This document shows, piece by piece, positions 6,431 to 14,950 of a stretch of 24,000 nucleotides of DNA. The stretch is taken from contig OY763008.1 in the NCBI GenBank assembly GCA_963666905.2, positions 3,040,072-3,064,071 of the forward strand. The letters run 5' to 3'. Under the pieces are notes generated by a model. That model was not told the origin of the DNA. It ran no database searches and saw only the letters and a program-made list of their open reading frames with translations. A program made the translations under genes and the position numbers. Each line of letters opens with the position of its first letter. Position 1 is the stretch's first letter. Origin of the DNA: Alphaproteobacteria bacterium (GTDB taxonomy: Bacteria > Pseudomonadota > Alphaproteobacteria > SP197).

Positions 6431-8104
6431 TCACAGGGGCACAAGGGCGTCGGCGAGGCGGGGGAGCATGAGGGCGTCGAACGGTTTCTCGATGGCCGGG
6501 CTGTCGTGGCCGAAGCGGAAGCAGGTGATGCCGTTGGGGAGCGGCTGGATGACCTGGCCGCCGTATCCCCGCATGGTGGCGATGCGCATGTCGCGGCCCG
6601 AGCGCGTCGTCATGGGAAGCTGCCAGTAGGCCATCCGGTAGGTGACCTCGCGGCCGTCGGCGGTGAAGGTTCCCGTGGGCAGTCCTCCCGTCCACTCGCA
6701 CTTCAGGCAATGTTCGGCGAGCTGGCGGTCGAGCAGCTGCTCGCCCTCGTGGTTTCCGAGGTTGGACAGCAGCCGGCCGAGCTTCGCCACGTCGTCGAGA
6801 CCGAGAAACAGTCCGAAGGCGGTGAGCGGCAATCCCTGCCGTCCGTCCGCCTCGATGGTGCGGTTGATGTCCACCGTCTCCATGCCGATCGCCGAGAAGA
6901 CGTCTTCGGCGATCATGGCGAAGAGGTCCGCGCCGTCTCCCCGGTGGCGCTTCCACAGCGCGTCCATGGCCGCGCCGGCGACGAAGAGGTCCTGGTCCCT
7001 GTAGCGGGCCACCGTTCCCGGCCCCCAGGGATAGGAGGGCGCCGCGAAGGCCTCGGCGAGCTTGTCGGCCCGGGAGGGGGCGGCGTACCACCTCTGGTAG
7101 GCGCGGGTGCTCTCGCCCGTGAGAGCGCGGTCCGTCACGTTGTCGACGTGGATGTCCGGGGGCGAGGCGTTCCTCCCGGCGGTGCCGATGCCGGTCGCCA
7201 TGTCGAGGCAGTGGCGGATCGTGACGTCCCTCCAGCCGTCGTGGGCCGCCGTGACGTCGAGGACGTCCGCAATGCGCGTGTCGGCGATCCCGGGGCCGAG
7301 CAGGCGGGCGAGCCGCAGGAGCGCCGTGGTGCCGAACGCCGCCTTGGTGACCGACCAGACGCCGAAGCTCGCGGCGCGGGGGAAGGGCCACGGGCCGTGG
7401 CGCGTCCTTATCGGCGTGGCGTAGATCCGCCCGTCCACCGCGAGGCCGCTGACGATGCCGCCCGCCGGAGGATCGAGAAAGCTGTCGGGAACCAGGCCCT
7501 CGAGCTCCGCCATGGAATGAAGGGGCCACGGCTTGCCGCTCCGTGGCGTGATTGTCTGGCGGCGGGGATGGAAGGCGGCGTCGAGCGCGCCCCACAGATC
7601 GAGGTCCTCGGGGAGGTGGTCGGGCTGGGTCTCGGTCACCAGCTCGACGAAGAGCTCGCTCACCTGCTCTCCGTCCCAGGCGAAGCGGGCGAGCCCCAGG
7701 TGGCTCTCGTTCTCGCGCTCGCACGAGAGGCGGAAGGGAAAGCACGCCCTGTCGCGGCCGTCCGGCGACGACCAGAGCCGTCCCTCGAAGGCCCTGATGT
7801 CCCAGTAGCTCGCCGGATCCGGCCTGCGGTGGAAGACGTCCGCAGGGACGAGCGCGCCGCCTTGGGTGGCGAAGGCGAGGTCGACGCGCGGGAAGCGGTC
7901 CGGCCTGCCGTCCAGGGGGAAGTGCAGGCGCACCCGCCCGTCGGCGGCCTCGAGGACGGCACCCTCGATGGCGAGCACGCCGTCGAGCGGCCGGCGGGGC
8001 GGAGCGGCGTCGGCAGGCGGCATGAAGGCGGCGGCGGCGAGCGGGCCGCGGAGATGGCGCCTGCCGGTGTTGCCGTCACGGCCGTTCATGCTATCGGGTC
8101 GCAT
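6431..8104 (-). CDS. Secreted serine hydrolase of the beta-lactamase/transpeptidase-like superfamily, with an N-terminal domain of about 230 aa of unknown function
   Basis: 557 aa. The N-terminus is signal-like (GRRHLRGPLAAAAFMPPADA|AP). The SxxK motif is SVTK, within FGVWSVTKAAFGTTALLRLA. The frame is consistently protein-like. Confidence 0.8.
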   Translation of the reverse strand: MRPDSMNGRDGNTGRRHLRGPLAAAAFMPPADAAPPRRPLDGVLAIEGAVLEAADGRVRLHFPLDGRPDRFPRVDLAFATQGGALVPADVFHRRPDPASYWDIRAFEGRLWSSPDGRDRACFPFRLSCERENESHLGLARFAWDGEQVSELFVELVTETQPDHLPEDLDLWGALDAAFHPRRQTITPRSGKPWPLHSMAELEGLVPDSFLDPPAGGIVSGLAVDGRIYATPIRTRHGPWPFPRAASFGVWSVTKAAFGTTALLRLARLLGPGIADTRIADVLDVTAAHDGWRDVTIRHCLDMATGIGTAGRNASPPDIHVDNVTDRALTGESTRAYQRWYAAPSRADKLAEAFAAPSYPWGPGTVARYRDQDLFVAGAAMDALWKRHRGDGADLFAMIAEDVFSAIGMETVDINRTIEADGRQGLPLTAFGLFLGLDDVAKLGRLLSNLGNHEGEQLLDRQLAEHCLKCEWTGGLPTGTFTADGREVTYRMAYWQLPMTTRSGRDMRIATMRGYGGQVIQPLPNGITCFRFGHDSPAIEKPFDALMLPRLADALVPL

Positions 8105-8127
8105 CCCGGTCGCGAAAGGGGCCTGCC

Positions 8128-9132
8128 ATGTTCCGATCCTTCTTTGCCGATCGCCGCTGGATGCACTGGTCGCTGCTCGGCAGCGCCATCATCCTCGGCG
8201 TGACATGGTACAAGGTCCAGCTCGATGTCAGGATCAACGAGTGGTTCGGCGATTTCTACGACACCCTGCAGGTGGCGCTGGCCGAGCCGGGCGCGGTCAC
8301 ATTCCCCGATTTCCTGGCCAAGTGCCTCTCCTTCGCCGAGATCGCCGGCCTCTACATCGTCATCGCCGTGCTGCTCGAGTTCTTCGTGCGCCACTACGTG
8401 TTCCGCTGGCGCACGGCGATGAACGACTACTACATGTCCTACTGGGGCCAGGTGCGGCACATCGAGGGGGCCGCGCAGAGGGTCCAGGAGGACACCATGC
8501 GCTTCGCGCGCATCGTCGAGGGCCTCGGCGTGGCCTTCATGCGGTCCGTGATGACGCTCATCGCCTTCCTCCCGCTGCTGTGGTCCCTGAGCGAGCACGT
8601 CACGGAGCTGCCGTGGCTCGGCGCCATCGACCATTCCCTGGTGTGGCTCGCCATCGTTTCCGCGGCGGCCGGCACGGTGCTGCTCGCCGTCGTCGGCATC
8701 AAGCTCCCGGGGCTCGAGTTCAACAACCAGAAGGTCGAGGCCGCCTACCGCAAGGAACTGGTGTTCGGAGAGGACCACGAGGACCGGGCGCAGCCGGAGA
8801 CCGTCGGCGAGCTCTTCTTCAACGTGCGCAGGAACTACTTCCGCCTCTTCAAGCACTACCTCTACTTCGACATCGCCAAGTGGTCCTACCTGCAGTTCTC
8901 GGTGATCGTGCCCTACATCATGATGGGACCGACCATCGTCGCAGGCCTCATCACGCTCGGCGTGCTCCAGCAGATCCTGCGCGCCTTCGACCGCGTCGAA
9001 TCCTCCTTCCAGTTCCTCGTCAACTCCTGGGGCACGATCGTCGAGCTCATCTCGATCTACAAGCGCCTCAAGGCCTTCGAGAACCAGATCCGCATGGACC
9101 GCCCCGACCTGGCGCTGCCGGCCGCGGTCTAG
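8128..9132 (+). CDS. SbmA/BacA-like peptide transporter (short form, no ATPase domain)
   Basis: 334 aa. There are long collinear matches to E. coli SbmA as I recall it: MFRSFF..., VFRWRTAMNDYYM..W..RHIEGAAQRVQEDTMRFA, LLAVVGIKLPGLEFNNQKVEAAYRKELV.GED, YFRL..HY.YF.I, and ELISIYKRLKAFE. Confidence 0.85.
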   Translation: MFRSFFADRRWMHWSLLGSAIILGVTWYKVQLDVRINEWFGDFYDTLQVALAEPGAVTFPDFLAKCLSFAEIAGLYIVIAVLLEFFVRHYVFRWRTAMNDYYMSYWGQVRHIEGAAQRVQEDTMRFARIVEGLGVAFMRSVMTLIAFLPLLWSLSEHVTELPWLGAIDHSLVWLAIVSAAAGTVLLAVVGIKLPGLEFNNQKVEAAYRKELVFGEDHEDRAQPETVGELFFNVRRNYFRLFKHYLYFDIAKWSYLQFSVIVPYIMMGPTIVAGLITLGVLQQILRAFDRVESSFQFLVNSWGTIVELISIYKRLKAFENQIRMDRPDLALPAAV

Positions 9133-9569
9133 GGTGCCGCCGTCCCGAACTCCGTCACCCTCTCGAGGCCGTCGTCCGGTTCGAACCATCCGCAGCGGGA
9201 TTCCCAGAAGATGTGCCGCTCGCGCCCCTCGCGCCCGCCGGGATCGGCGCCGCCGTCGAGCGTGCCAACGGAGAAGGTGATCTCGTCGGGCACGTTGTCC
9301 ATCTCGCCGAAGACGTGCGATCCGCAGGTGCCGCAGAAGCGGCGGCGAAGGTCCGGCGACGTCCGGTAGGTGGCAAGCGCCTCCTCGCCCCGGAGCAGCC
9401 GGAAGGACGCGCGGGGGACCGTGGCATAGGCCAGATACAGGGCCCCCTGGCACTTGCGGCAGATGGAGCAGTGGCAATGGTAGACGTCGTGGGGTTCCGT
9501 CGTCAGCTCGTAGCGCACGGCGCCGCACAGGCAGCCTCCGGCAAGCGGGCGTTCCGGCGACGGCGTCAT
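9129..9569 (-). CDS. GFA-family (glutathione-dependent formaldehyde-activating / CENP-V-like) zinc protein, paralog 2
   Basis: MTPSPERPLAGGCLCGAVRYEL...HCHCSICRKCQGA...RRFCGTCGSHV shows the GFA Cys-rich pattern. Its ATG at 9569 overlaps the upstream gene's TGA (ATGA). Confidence 0.85.
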   Translation of the reverse strand: MTPSPERPLAGGCLCGAVRYELTTEPHDVYHCHCSICRKCQGALYLAYATVPRASFRLLRGEEALATYRTSPDLRRRFCGTCGSHVFGEMDNVPDEITFSVGTLDGGADPGGREGRERHIFWESRCGWFEPDDGLERVTEFGTAAP

Positions 9570-10000
9570 GACGGGCCTCCCTCTCCGTACCCCGTCACCC
9601 GGGGACCGGGGTGGCCGGGATCGTACCAGGTCACCCGCGACTCCCAGAAGATGTGCGGTTCGTGATCCGGATCGTGGTCCGGCGCCTCGCCGGGATCGAG
9701 ACTGCCGAGGCAGAGATAGAGCATGTCCGGGTCGCCGGAAACGGAGACCGCCAGCTGGCCGCCGCACGTGCCGCAGAAGCGGCGGTCGATGGCATCCGAA
9801 CTGCTGTAGACGCGCACGTGCTCCTCTCCGCTCCATGTCACGGCCTCCGGCGCGATCTCGCCGAAGGTGACGAAGAGCGCCCCGTGCAGCTGGCGGCACA
9901 TCGAACAGTGGCAGTGGGAGATCCTCCGCAACGGACCCGCCGCGGCATAGCGCACCGCGCCGCACTGGCACCCCCCTTTCAGGACACTGTCCGTCGCCAT
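9566..10000 (-). CDS. GFA-family zinc protein, paralog 1
   Basis: MATDSVLKGGCQCGAVRYAA...HCHCSMCRQLHGA...RRFCGTCGGQL shows the same GFA pattern. Confidence 0.85.
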   Translation of the reverse strand: MATDSVLKGGCQCGAVRYAAAGPLRRISHCHCSMCRQLHGALFVTFGEIAPEAVTWSGEEHVRVYSSSDAIDRRFCGTCGGQLAVSVSGDPDMLYLCLGSLDPGEAPDHDPDHEPHIFWESRVTWYDPGHPGPRVTGYGEGGPS

Positions 10001-10040
10001 CGGATGCCTCCCCGCCGTCGCCTTGAGGAAACTCTACGCC

Positions 10041-10742
10041 TCATCCGCGAGGCGGGGAAGGCGCGGCCCGGCGCTCCCGCCGGGCGGCGCGTAGCAGGGC
10101 GTGCATGGGACCCCGCGTCTGGCCGATCGAATCGAGGACGGCGACGGTGTTCTCGAGATAGTCGATGCAGGGCCCCAGGGGCCCCTCGGCGCGGCCGATG
10201 TGGCGGGCCTGGACGGCGAAGGGAACGCGGTGGGCGTAGCGCATGTAGGCCCGGTTGATGGCGAAGCTCACCGCCGGCACCGTGATATCGTCGAGTTCGG
10301 CCCGCACCCAGACGGGGACGTAGGCGCCGGCGAACATCTCGCGGCGCCACAGGATCCTCGTCTCGCTCTCGATCATGCCGGCCTCGATGCGCAGGGCCAT
10401 GCCCCTGACCGCGCCGCCGGGCTCGAGGCCCAGCGACAGGCCCGGGAAGTCCGGGCTGCCGCGGCCGAGATGGGTCCACAGGTTGAAGCGGCGGTGCCAG
10501 CCCCTCACCAGGGCCCGGTGGCGGCCGGCGACGCGGCAGGCCGGATTCCACATCAGCGAACCGAAGCCGAAGACGAAGAGGTCCTCGCCCGGAGGATGCG
10601 GGGCAAGGTGCCGCAGGCGCCCCTCCTCCCTCTCGTTCTCGGGCGTCATGACCACGAGACCCGCCTCGACCGCCTCCTCCATGTGGCGCGACAGCGTGCC
10701 TGCGACGAGGACCTCGCGCGTGATCTCGTAGCGCTCGTTCAC
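10041..10742 (-). CDS. chaC: ChaC-like gamma-glutamylcyclotransferase
   Basis: This is the C-terminal part of ORF 10041..12143. It carries VFGFGSLMWNP (the ChaC YGSL-type motif) and GGAVRGMALRI...E..ILWRREM. The proposed GTG start at 10742 overlaps the upstream TGA (GTGA). Later ATG starts are possible. Confidence 0.8.
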   Translation of the reverse strand: MNERYEITREVLVAGTLSRHMEEAVEAGLVVMTPENEREEGRLRHLAPHPPGEDLFVFGFGSLMWNPACRVAGRHRALVRGWHRRFNLWTHLGRGSPDFPGLSLGLEPGGAVRGMALRIEAGMIESETRILWRREMFAGAYVPVWVRAELDDITVPAVSFAINRAYMRYAHRVPFAVQARHIGRAEGPLGPCIDYLENTVAVLDSIGQTRGPMHALLRAARRERRAAPSPPRG

Positions 10743-12238
10743 CGGAAGGCGCTTTCGGGGTCCAGCGGGTAGATGGGCCGGCGGACGTTGCGGTAGGTGA
10801 AACGCGCCAGGTCCGGCGTCGCCAGGCCACCCGAATCGCAGACGATGACCCGCTCGGCGATGGGTTCGAAGGCCGCCCGGAAATGCTGCATCGACTTGAG
10901 CGCCACCGCCCTCTTCGACCGCGGATCGATGCCATGGGCGAGAAACTGCTGCACGTCGATGATCTGCATGAGATTGGAGACCACGAGCACGTCGACCCCG
11001 CCCGTGCGGAACACCGCGGTCGGCCCGAAGCTCTTGGTCATGCCGGCGAACATCGGACCGTCGAGGACCGTGGCGCCATCGCTCACCGCGATCACCTCGC
11101 CGGCGAGCAGGAGCGGCGGTCCCCCGAACGAGGGATCGGTCTTGCCGCCAAGAGTCAGCTCCAGCCTGCCGCCGACGCCGGTCTCCACGAGCTCCCCGGC
11201 GGCGGCGGGATCGTGGAGAGCGCCGAAGCAGGCGTCCTCGAGGCGCGCGTCGAGCATCGCCGCAAGAAGGTTGGTGGCGTCGCCGTAGGCGCCGGCGCCG
11301 GGATTGTCGGCGTAGTCGGCGATGACGAGCGGCTTGCCCCGCCAGTTGAAGCGCCGCGCCTCGTCCGCCGCCTCGGCCACCGCAAGATAGCGGTTGTTGA
11401 CGACGTCGCGGCTCTCCCAGATGTCGTCCATGAGGCTCTCGGCGACGTCCCGGAAGGCCGTGCCGGCGCCGTCGGCCGTCACCAGCACGCTCGGCCCGAC
11501 GTTGGCGATGTCCGCCTGGCTGAAACCGGCGTTGATCGAGATGTCGAGAATCCGCGGGTCCGCCGCCATGGCCCCGGCGGCCCGGCGCTGCAGCGAGATC
11601 ATCGGCTCGACGTCCGTGCGGCCGCCGTCGGCACCCTGGATCATGGGGCGCCGCGCCCATGCGACCGCGGGCCGGATCCCGCCCGCCATTGTCCGCTGCA
11701 GCAGGTCGCCGGCGCGCCGCGCCCGCTCCCTCATGTCGATGTGGGGGTAGGTCAGGTAGCTCAGCGCGATGTCCACCAGCCCGGCGAACTCCAGCCCGAC
11801 ATTGGCATGGAGATCGAGGGTGACGGCGAAGGGGACATCGGGTCCGGTGATCCGCCGCAGCCTGCGGACGAGCTCGGTCTCCGCATCCTCGTGGCTTTCG
11901 GTCACCATGGCGCCGTGCAGCGCCAGGGCGACGCCGTCCAGCGGTCCGGCGTCCCGCGCTCCGGCCTCGATGAGGCCGGCGATGTGCTCGAAGGCCTCGT
12001 CGGTCACCGGGCCCAGGGGGTTCGCCATGGCCGCGACGGTGAACACCAGGTCCCAGCCGTGCTCCGCCGCCGCGTCCATGATGCCGGCGGTCTCGGTGTT
12101 GGTGCCGCCGAGCCGGGCGGCGATGTCGCCGGCTCCGCGGCACAGCACCATGCGCTCGAAGGCGGCGAGATCGGTGCCGACTGCCGCAAAGGTGTTGGTC
12201 TCGTGCATGAACTGGGCCGTCAGCACCCGAAAGGACAT
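10739..12238 (-). CDS. M81-family metallopeptidase (MlrC-like)
   Basis: 499 aa. The N-terminus MSFRVLTAQFMHETNTFAA is the typical MlrC N-terminal domain signature (..F.HETNTF). The frame is protein-like over its full length. Confidence 0.85.
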   Translation of the reverse strand: MSFRVLTAQFMHETNTFAAVGTDLAAFERMVLCRGAGDIAARLGGTNTETAGIMDAAAEHGWDLVFTVAAMANPLGPVTDEAFEHIAGLIEAGARDAGPLDGVALALHGAMVTESHEDAETELVRRLRRITGPDVPFAVTLDLHANVGLEFAGLVDIALSYLTYPHIDMRERARRAGDLLQRTMAGGIRPAVAWARRPMIQGADGGRTDVEPMISLQRRAAGAMAADPRILDISINAGFSQADIANVGPSVLVTADGAGTAFRDVAESLMDDIWESRDVVNNRYLAVAEAADEARRFNWRGKPLVIADYADNPGAGAYGDATNLLAAMLDARLEDACFGALHDPAAAGELVETGVGGRLELTLGGKTDPSFGGPPLLLAGEVIAVSDGATVLDGPMFAGMTKSFGPTAVFRTGGVDVLVVSNLMQIIDVQQFLAHGIDPRSKRAVALKSMQHFRAAFEPIAERVIVCDSGGLATPDLARFTYRNVRRPIYPLDPESAFR

Positions 12239-12257
12239 GGCTCGCTCTCCAGGCAGG

Positions 12258-13166
12258 CTACGTCAGCGACGCCCAGTACTGCCGGACGAAGGCCGCGTAG
12301 CCGGGAATGATGTGGCCGTGGCGCGGGCGGACCCGGTCGAAGGCCCGGTGGAGATTGTGGAACGGCACCGAGGGAAAGACATGGTGCTCGGTATGGTACG
12401 ACATCTTCCAGCTGAGCCAGCGCACCACCGGGTTGGTGCGCATGGTCCGCGTGTTCAGGAGCATGTCGGGGCCGTGGGGCAGCAGGGTGTGCTCGGCCAG
12501 CAGGAAGAGGCGGAGCGACCATGCGGAGAGCGCCAGGGGAATGATCCAGTAGACGAGCGGCGCGAGGCTCGACGCCGCCACCGCGCCGGCGGCGATGGCA
12601 AGGTAGCCGGCAAGCTGGCAGCGCGCCTGCAGGATGCAGCTGCGCCGCGCCGCCTCGTCCGTCACGAAGCCGTCCGTCACGCGCCCCGCGGCGTGGCGCA
12701 CAATGGTGCCGAGACTGCCCCACCAGAACGAGCGGATGCCGGTGAGATAGAAGATGAAGCCCAGCCTCGTCGCGGGCTTGGGAAAGTCCAGCTCCGGATC
12801 GGCGCCCGGCAGGTGGGTCTTGCGGTGATGCTCGAAATGAAAGCAGCGAAACCAGAAGGAGGGCAGGAAGACCACGAAGCCCAGGACCCACGCCACCTGG
12901 TCGTTGAGCCGGCGCGTGCGGAAGACGGTCCGGTGAATCGTCTCGTGGAGCGGGCAGAAGAGGAAGGTGACGAGGATGCCCAGAACGACCTGCGCCGGGA
13001 GGAGAAGCCACCAGTGGCCGGACGCCAGCCAGACCAGCACGGCCGCCGCCCCGATAGCGGCCAGGTGCGAGGCGAGCTGAAGAAGCCCCCTGGCGTCCGA
13101 GCGCCTGGAGAGCTCGCGGACCTCGCGGAACGAACAGATGTCGCCTCTTGCGACAAACCCCTCCAT
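12258..13166 (-). CDS. Membrane fatty-acid desaturase/hydroxylase family protein (three His boxes)
   Basis: Internal ATG at 13166 of ORF 12258..13664. The His boxes are HETIH, HFEHHRKTH and HTEHH, flanked by hydrophobic helices. The upstream part of the ORF is Arg/Pro shadow sequence. Confidence 0.85.
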   Translation of the reverse strand: MEGFVARGDICSFREVRELSRRSDARGLLQLASHLAAIGAAAVLVWLASGHWWLLLPAQVVLGILVTFLFCPLHETIHRTVFRTRRLNDQVAWVLGFVVFLPSFWFRCFHFEHHRKTHLPGADPELDFPKPATRLGFIFYLTGIRSFWWGSLGTIVRHAAGRVTDGFVTDEAARRSCILQARCQLAGYLAIAAGAVAASSLAPLVYWIIPLALSAWSLRLFLLAEHTLLPHGPDMLLNTRTMRTNPVVRWLSWKMSYHTEHHVFPSVPFHNLHRAFDRVRPRHGHIIPGYAAFVRQYWASLT

Positions 13167-13171
13167 GGCCT

Positions 13172-13987
13172 TCAGCCCTTGCGCCCGTAGAAGCCGATGC
13201 GCTCCTCGTCGCTGAAGAGGACGTCCGGACGGTCGTAGTAGGAGTAGACCGCCACCAGGCGGTCGACCGCGCCGGCGACCGGCGTCACGCGGTGCACGGT
13301 GTCCCGGCCCCGGAAGACATTGAGGGTGCCCGCCTCGAGGACGAGCTCCTGCCTGGCGGGATCGTCGCCTTCGAGGAGGCGGGCGATGCCGTCGAGGTCG
13401 AAGCCGCCGTTGCGCAGGCCGCGGCGGTACTCGAAGACGCCGCCGGAATCGGGCTTGCGGATCAGCAGCGTCGTGGTGAACTCCGAGCGGTCGAAATGCC
13501 AGCCGAGCCCCTCGCCGTCGCGGTAGCTCATGACGTTGACCCGGGCGAGCGGGTCCGCCATGAGATGGAGGCGCTCGCGTCCCGTGACCCGGGCCAGGAA
13601 CTCCCTGAGCGGCGGCCACTCGTAGAGGGCGTGGACGAGGGACTGGCCGATCCGGTCGTCGCACACCGTCCGTCCGGAGGTCCGCTGGAGCGCCAGCGCG
13701 GGGTGGTCCCCGGCGATGCCGGCGGGGGAGTCCTCGAAGAAGACGTTGTGGGCGCGGCAGTGGTGGAACGACTGGTCGCGCACCGCGGCCCCGAGTTCGG
13801 CCGCGGCGTGTGCGATCGAGTCCGCCTTCACCAGCCCGGGAAGGCTGAACAGACCCCGGCGGTCGAGACCCTCACGGCACCGCTCGACGAGGCCGTCCAT
13901 GAGGTGCGGGCTGTCGAGGGGATAGCGCGCAAGGTCGAGATGGTCGTGGACGGCTGTCAAGCATCGGCTCCCCTGGGAAGACGGCAT
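13172..13987 (-). CDS. Putative 2-oxoglutarate/Fe(II)-dependent oxygenase superfamily protein
   Basis: This is the C-terminal 271 aa of ORF 13172..14923. It has an HxD...H arrangement (GWHFDRSE ... DTVHRVTPV) with beta-rich context. It ends 5 nt before the desaturase start. The start codon is uncertain (ATG at 13987 or a nearby TTG). Confidence 0.65.
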   Translation of the reverse strand: MPSSQGSRCLTAVHDHLDLARYPLDSPHLMDGLVERCREGLDRRGLFSLPGLVKADSIAHAAAELGAAVRDQSFHHCRAHNVFFEDSPAGIAGDHPALALQRTSGRTVCDDRIGQSLVHALYEWPPLREFLARVTGRERLHLMADPLARVNVMSYRDGEGLGWHFDRSEFTTTLLIRKPDSGGVFEYRRGLRNGGFDLDGIARLLEGDDPARQELVLEAGTLNVFRGRDTVHRVTPVAGAVDRLVAVYSYYDRPDVLFSDEERIGFYGRKG

Positions 13988-14095
13988 TTTCACGCAAGAG
14001 GGGTGAGGATGCCAGCGTTGCGCAGGCCCTTCGCGGGTTGTCGCAGGCCCGCCGGACACGCAAGATGCGGATCGAGGCGGGGGAAGTGGCAGGCG

Positions 14096-14938
14096 ATGGC
14101 CGAGAACGGCGAGAGGTCCGGTTCGCAAGGCGTCCTGCTCCCCAAGGATGTCGCGCTCAAGGCCGAGGATGTCGGCCTCGTCAAGGCGAGGATGGCGCCG
14201 GCCCGCCTCATCGTACTGGCGATCATGGCGGGGTCGTTCATCGGCCTTGGGGCCCTGGCGTCCATCACCATCTGGACGGGACTCGACGACGTGCCGTTCG
14301 GCCTGATGCGCATGGCGGGGGGCCTGGGGTTCACCCTGGGACTGATCCTGGTCGTGCTCGGCGGCGCGGAACTCTTCACCGGCAACGTTCTCATGGTGAT
14401 GGCGGTGGCGGGCGGGCGAATGAGCGTCTGGACGCTGGCGCGCGCCTGGAGCCTCGTGTGCGTCGGCAACATCGCCGGAGCGCTCGCTATCGCGGTGTTG
14501 GTGTTCCTCGCGGGCCACCACCTCCTCGACAACGGCGGAGCCGGCCGCGTCACCGTCGCCATTGCCGCGGCCAAGGCCGATCTGCCCGTCGTGCGGGCCT
14601 TCTTTCTCGGCGTGCTGTGCAACGCCCTGGTCTGCCTGGCGGTCTACCTGAGCTACGGCGCCGCGTCGACGACGGACAAGATCCTCGCCATCTTCCTGCC
14701 TGTCGCGACCTTCGTCGCCGCCGGGTTCGAGCACTCGATCGCCAATGTCTATTTTTTCGCCCACGCCGTGATGATCGACGTCCTGACCGAGGGCGTCGTC
14801 GACGCGGCGGCGCCGACGGCCGACGCCGGGGGCATTCTCCTCAACCTCGTGGCCGTGATCCTCGGCAACGTCTTCGGGGGCGGGGTTCTCGTCGGGCTCG
14901 TCTACTGGTTCGTCTACGTCCACAGCGTCCGCAAGTGA
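14096..14938 (+). CDS. Formate/nitrite transporter (FNT, FocA/NirC) family channel
   Basis: Internal ATG of ORF 13148..14938. FNT-type patterns are GGAELFTGN, FFLGVLCNALVCLAVY and AAGFEHSIANVYF, in a multi-TM profile. Confidence 0.85.
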   Translation: MAENGERSGSQGVLLPKDVALKAEDVGLVKARMAPARLIVLAIMAGSFIGLGALASITIWTGLDDVPFGLMRMAGGLGFTLGLILVVLGGAELFTGNVLMVMAVAGGRMSVWTLARAWSLVCVGNIAGALAIAVLVFLAGHHLLDNGGAGRVTVAIAAAKADLPVVRAFFLGVLCNALVCLAVYLSYGAASTTDKILAIFLPVATFVAAGFEHSIANVYFFAHAVMIDVLTEGVVDAAAPTADAGGILLNLVAVILGNVFGGGVLVGLVYWFVYVHSVRK

Positions 14939-14950
14939 GCGGCGCCGGCA

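Noticed and set aside
6326-8203. Very long ORFs opposite or out of frame to called genes. Examples are 6326..8203 +, 6354..7745 -, 7866..9665 +, 8086..9528 -, 10883..12310 +, 11769..13190 +, 14841..17318 -, 15428..17485 +, 18480..20327 +, 18853..20718 -, 20763..22460 +, 20848..22881 - and 22815..23756 -.
   Set aside because: Their translations are Arg/Pro/Gly/Ala-rich and low in complexity, with no motifs. Each is shadowed by an ORF in another frame or strand that has clear family signatures. Such stop-free shadow frames are expected at about 70% GC.
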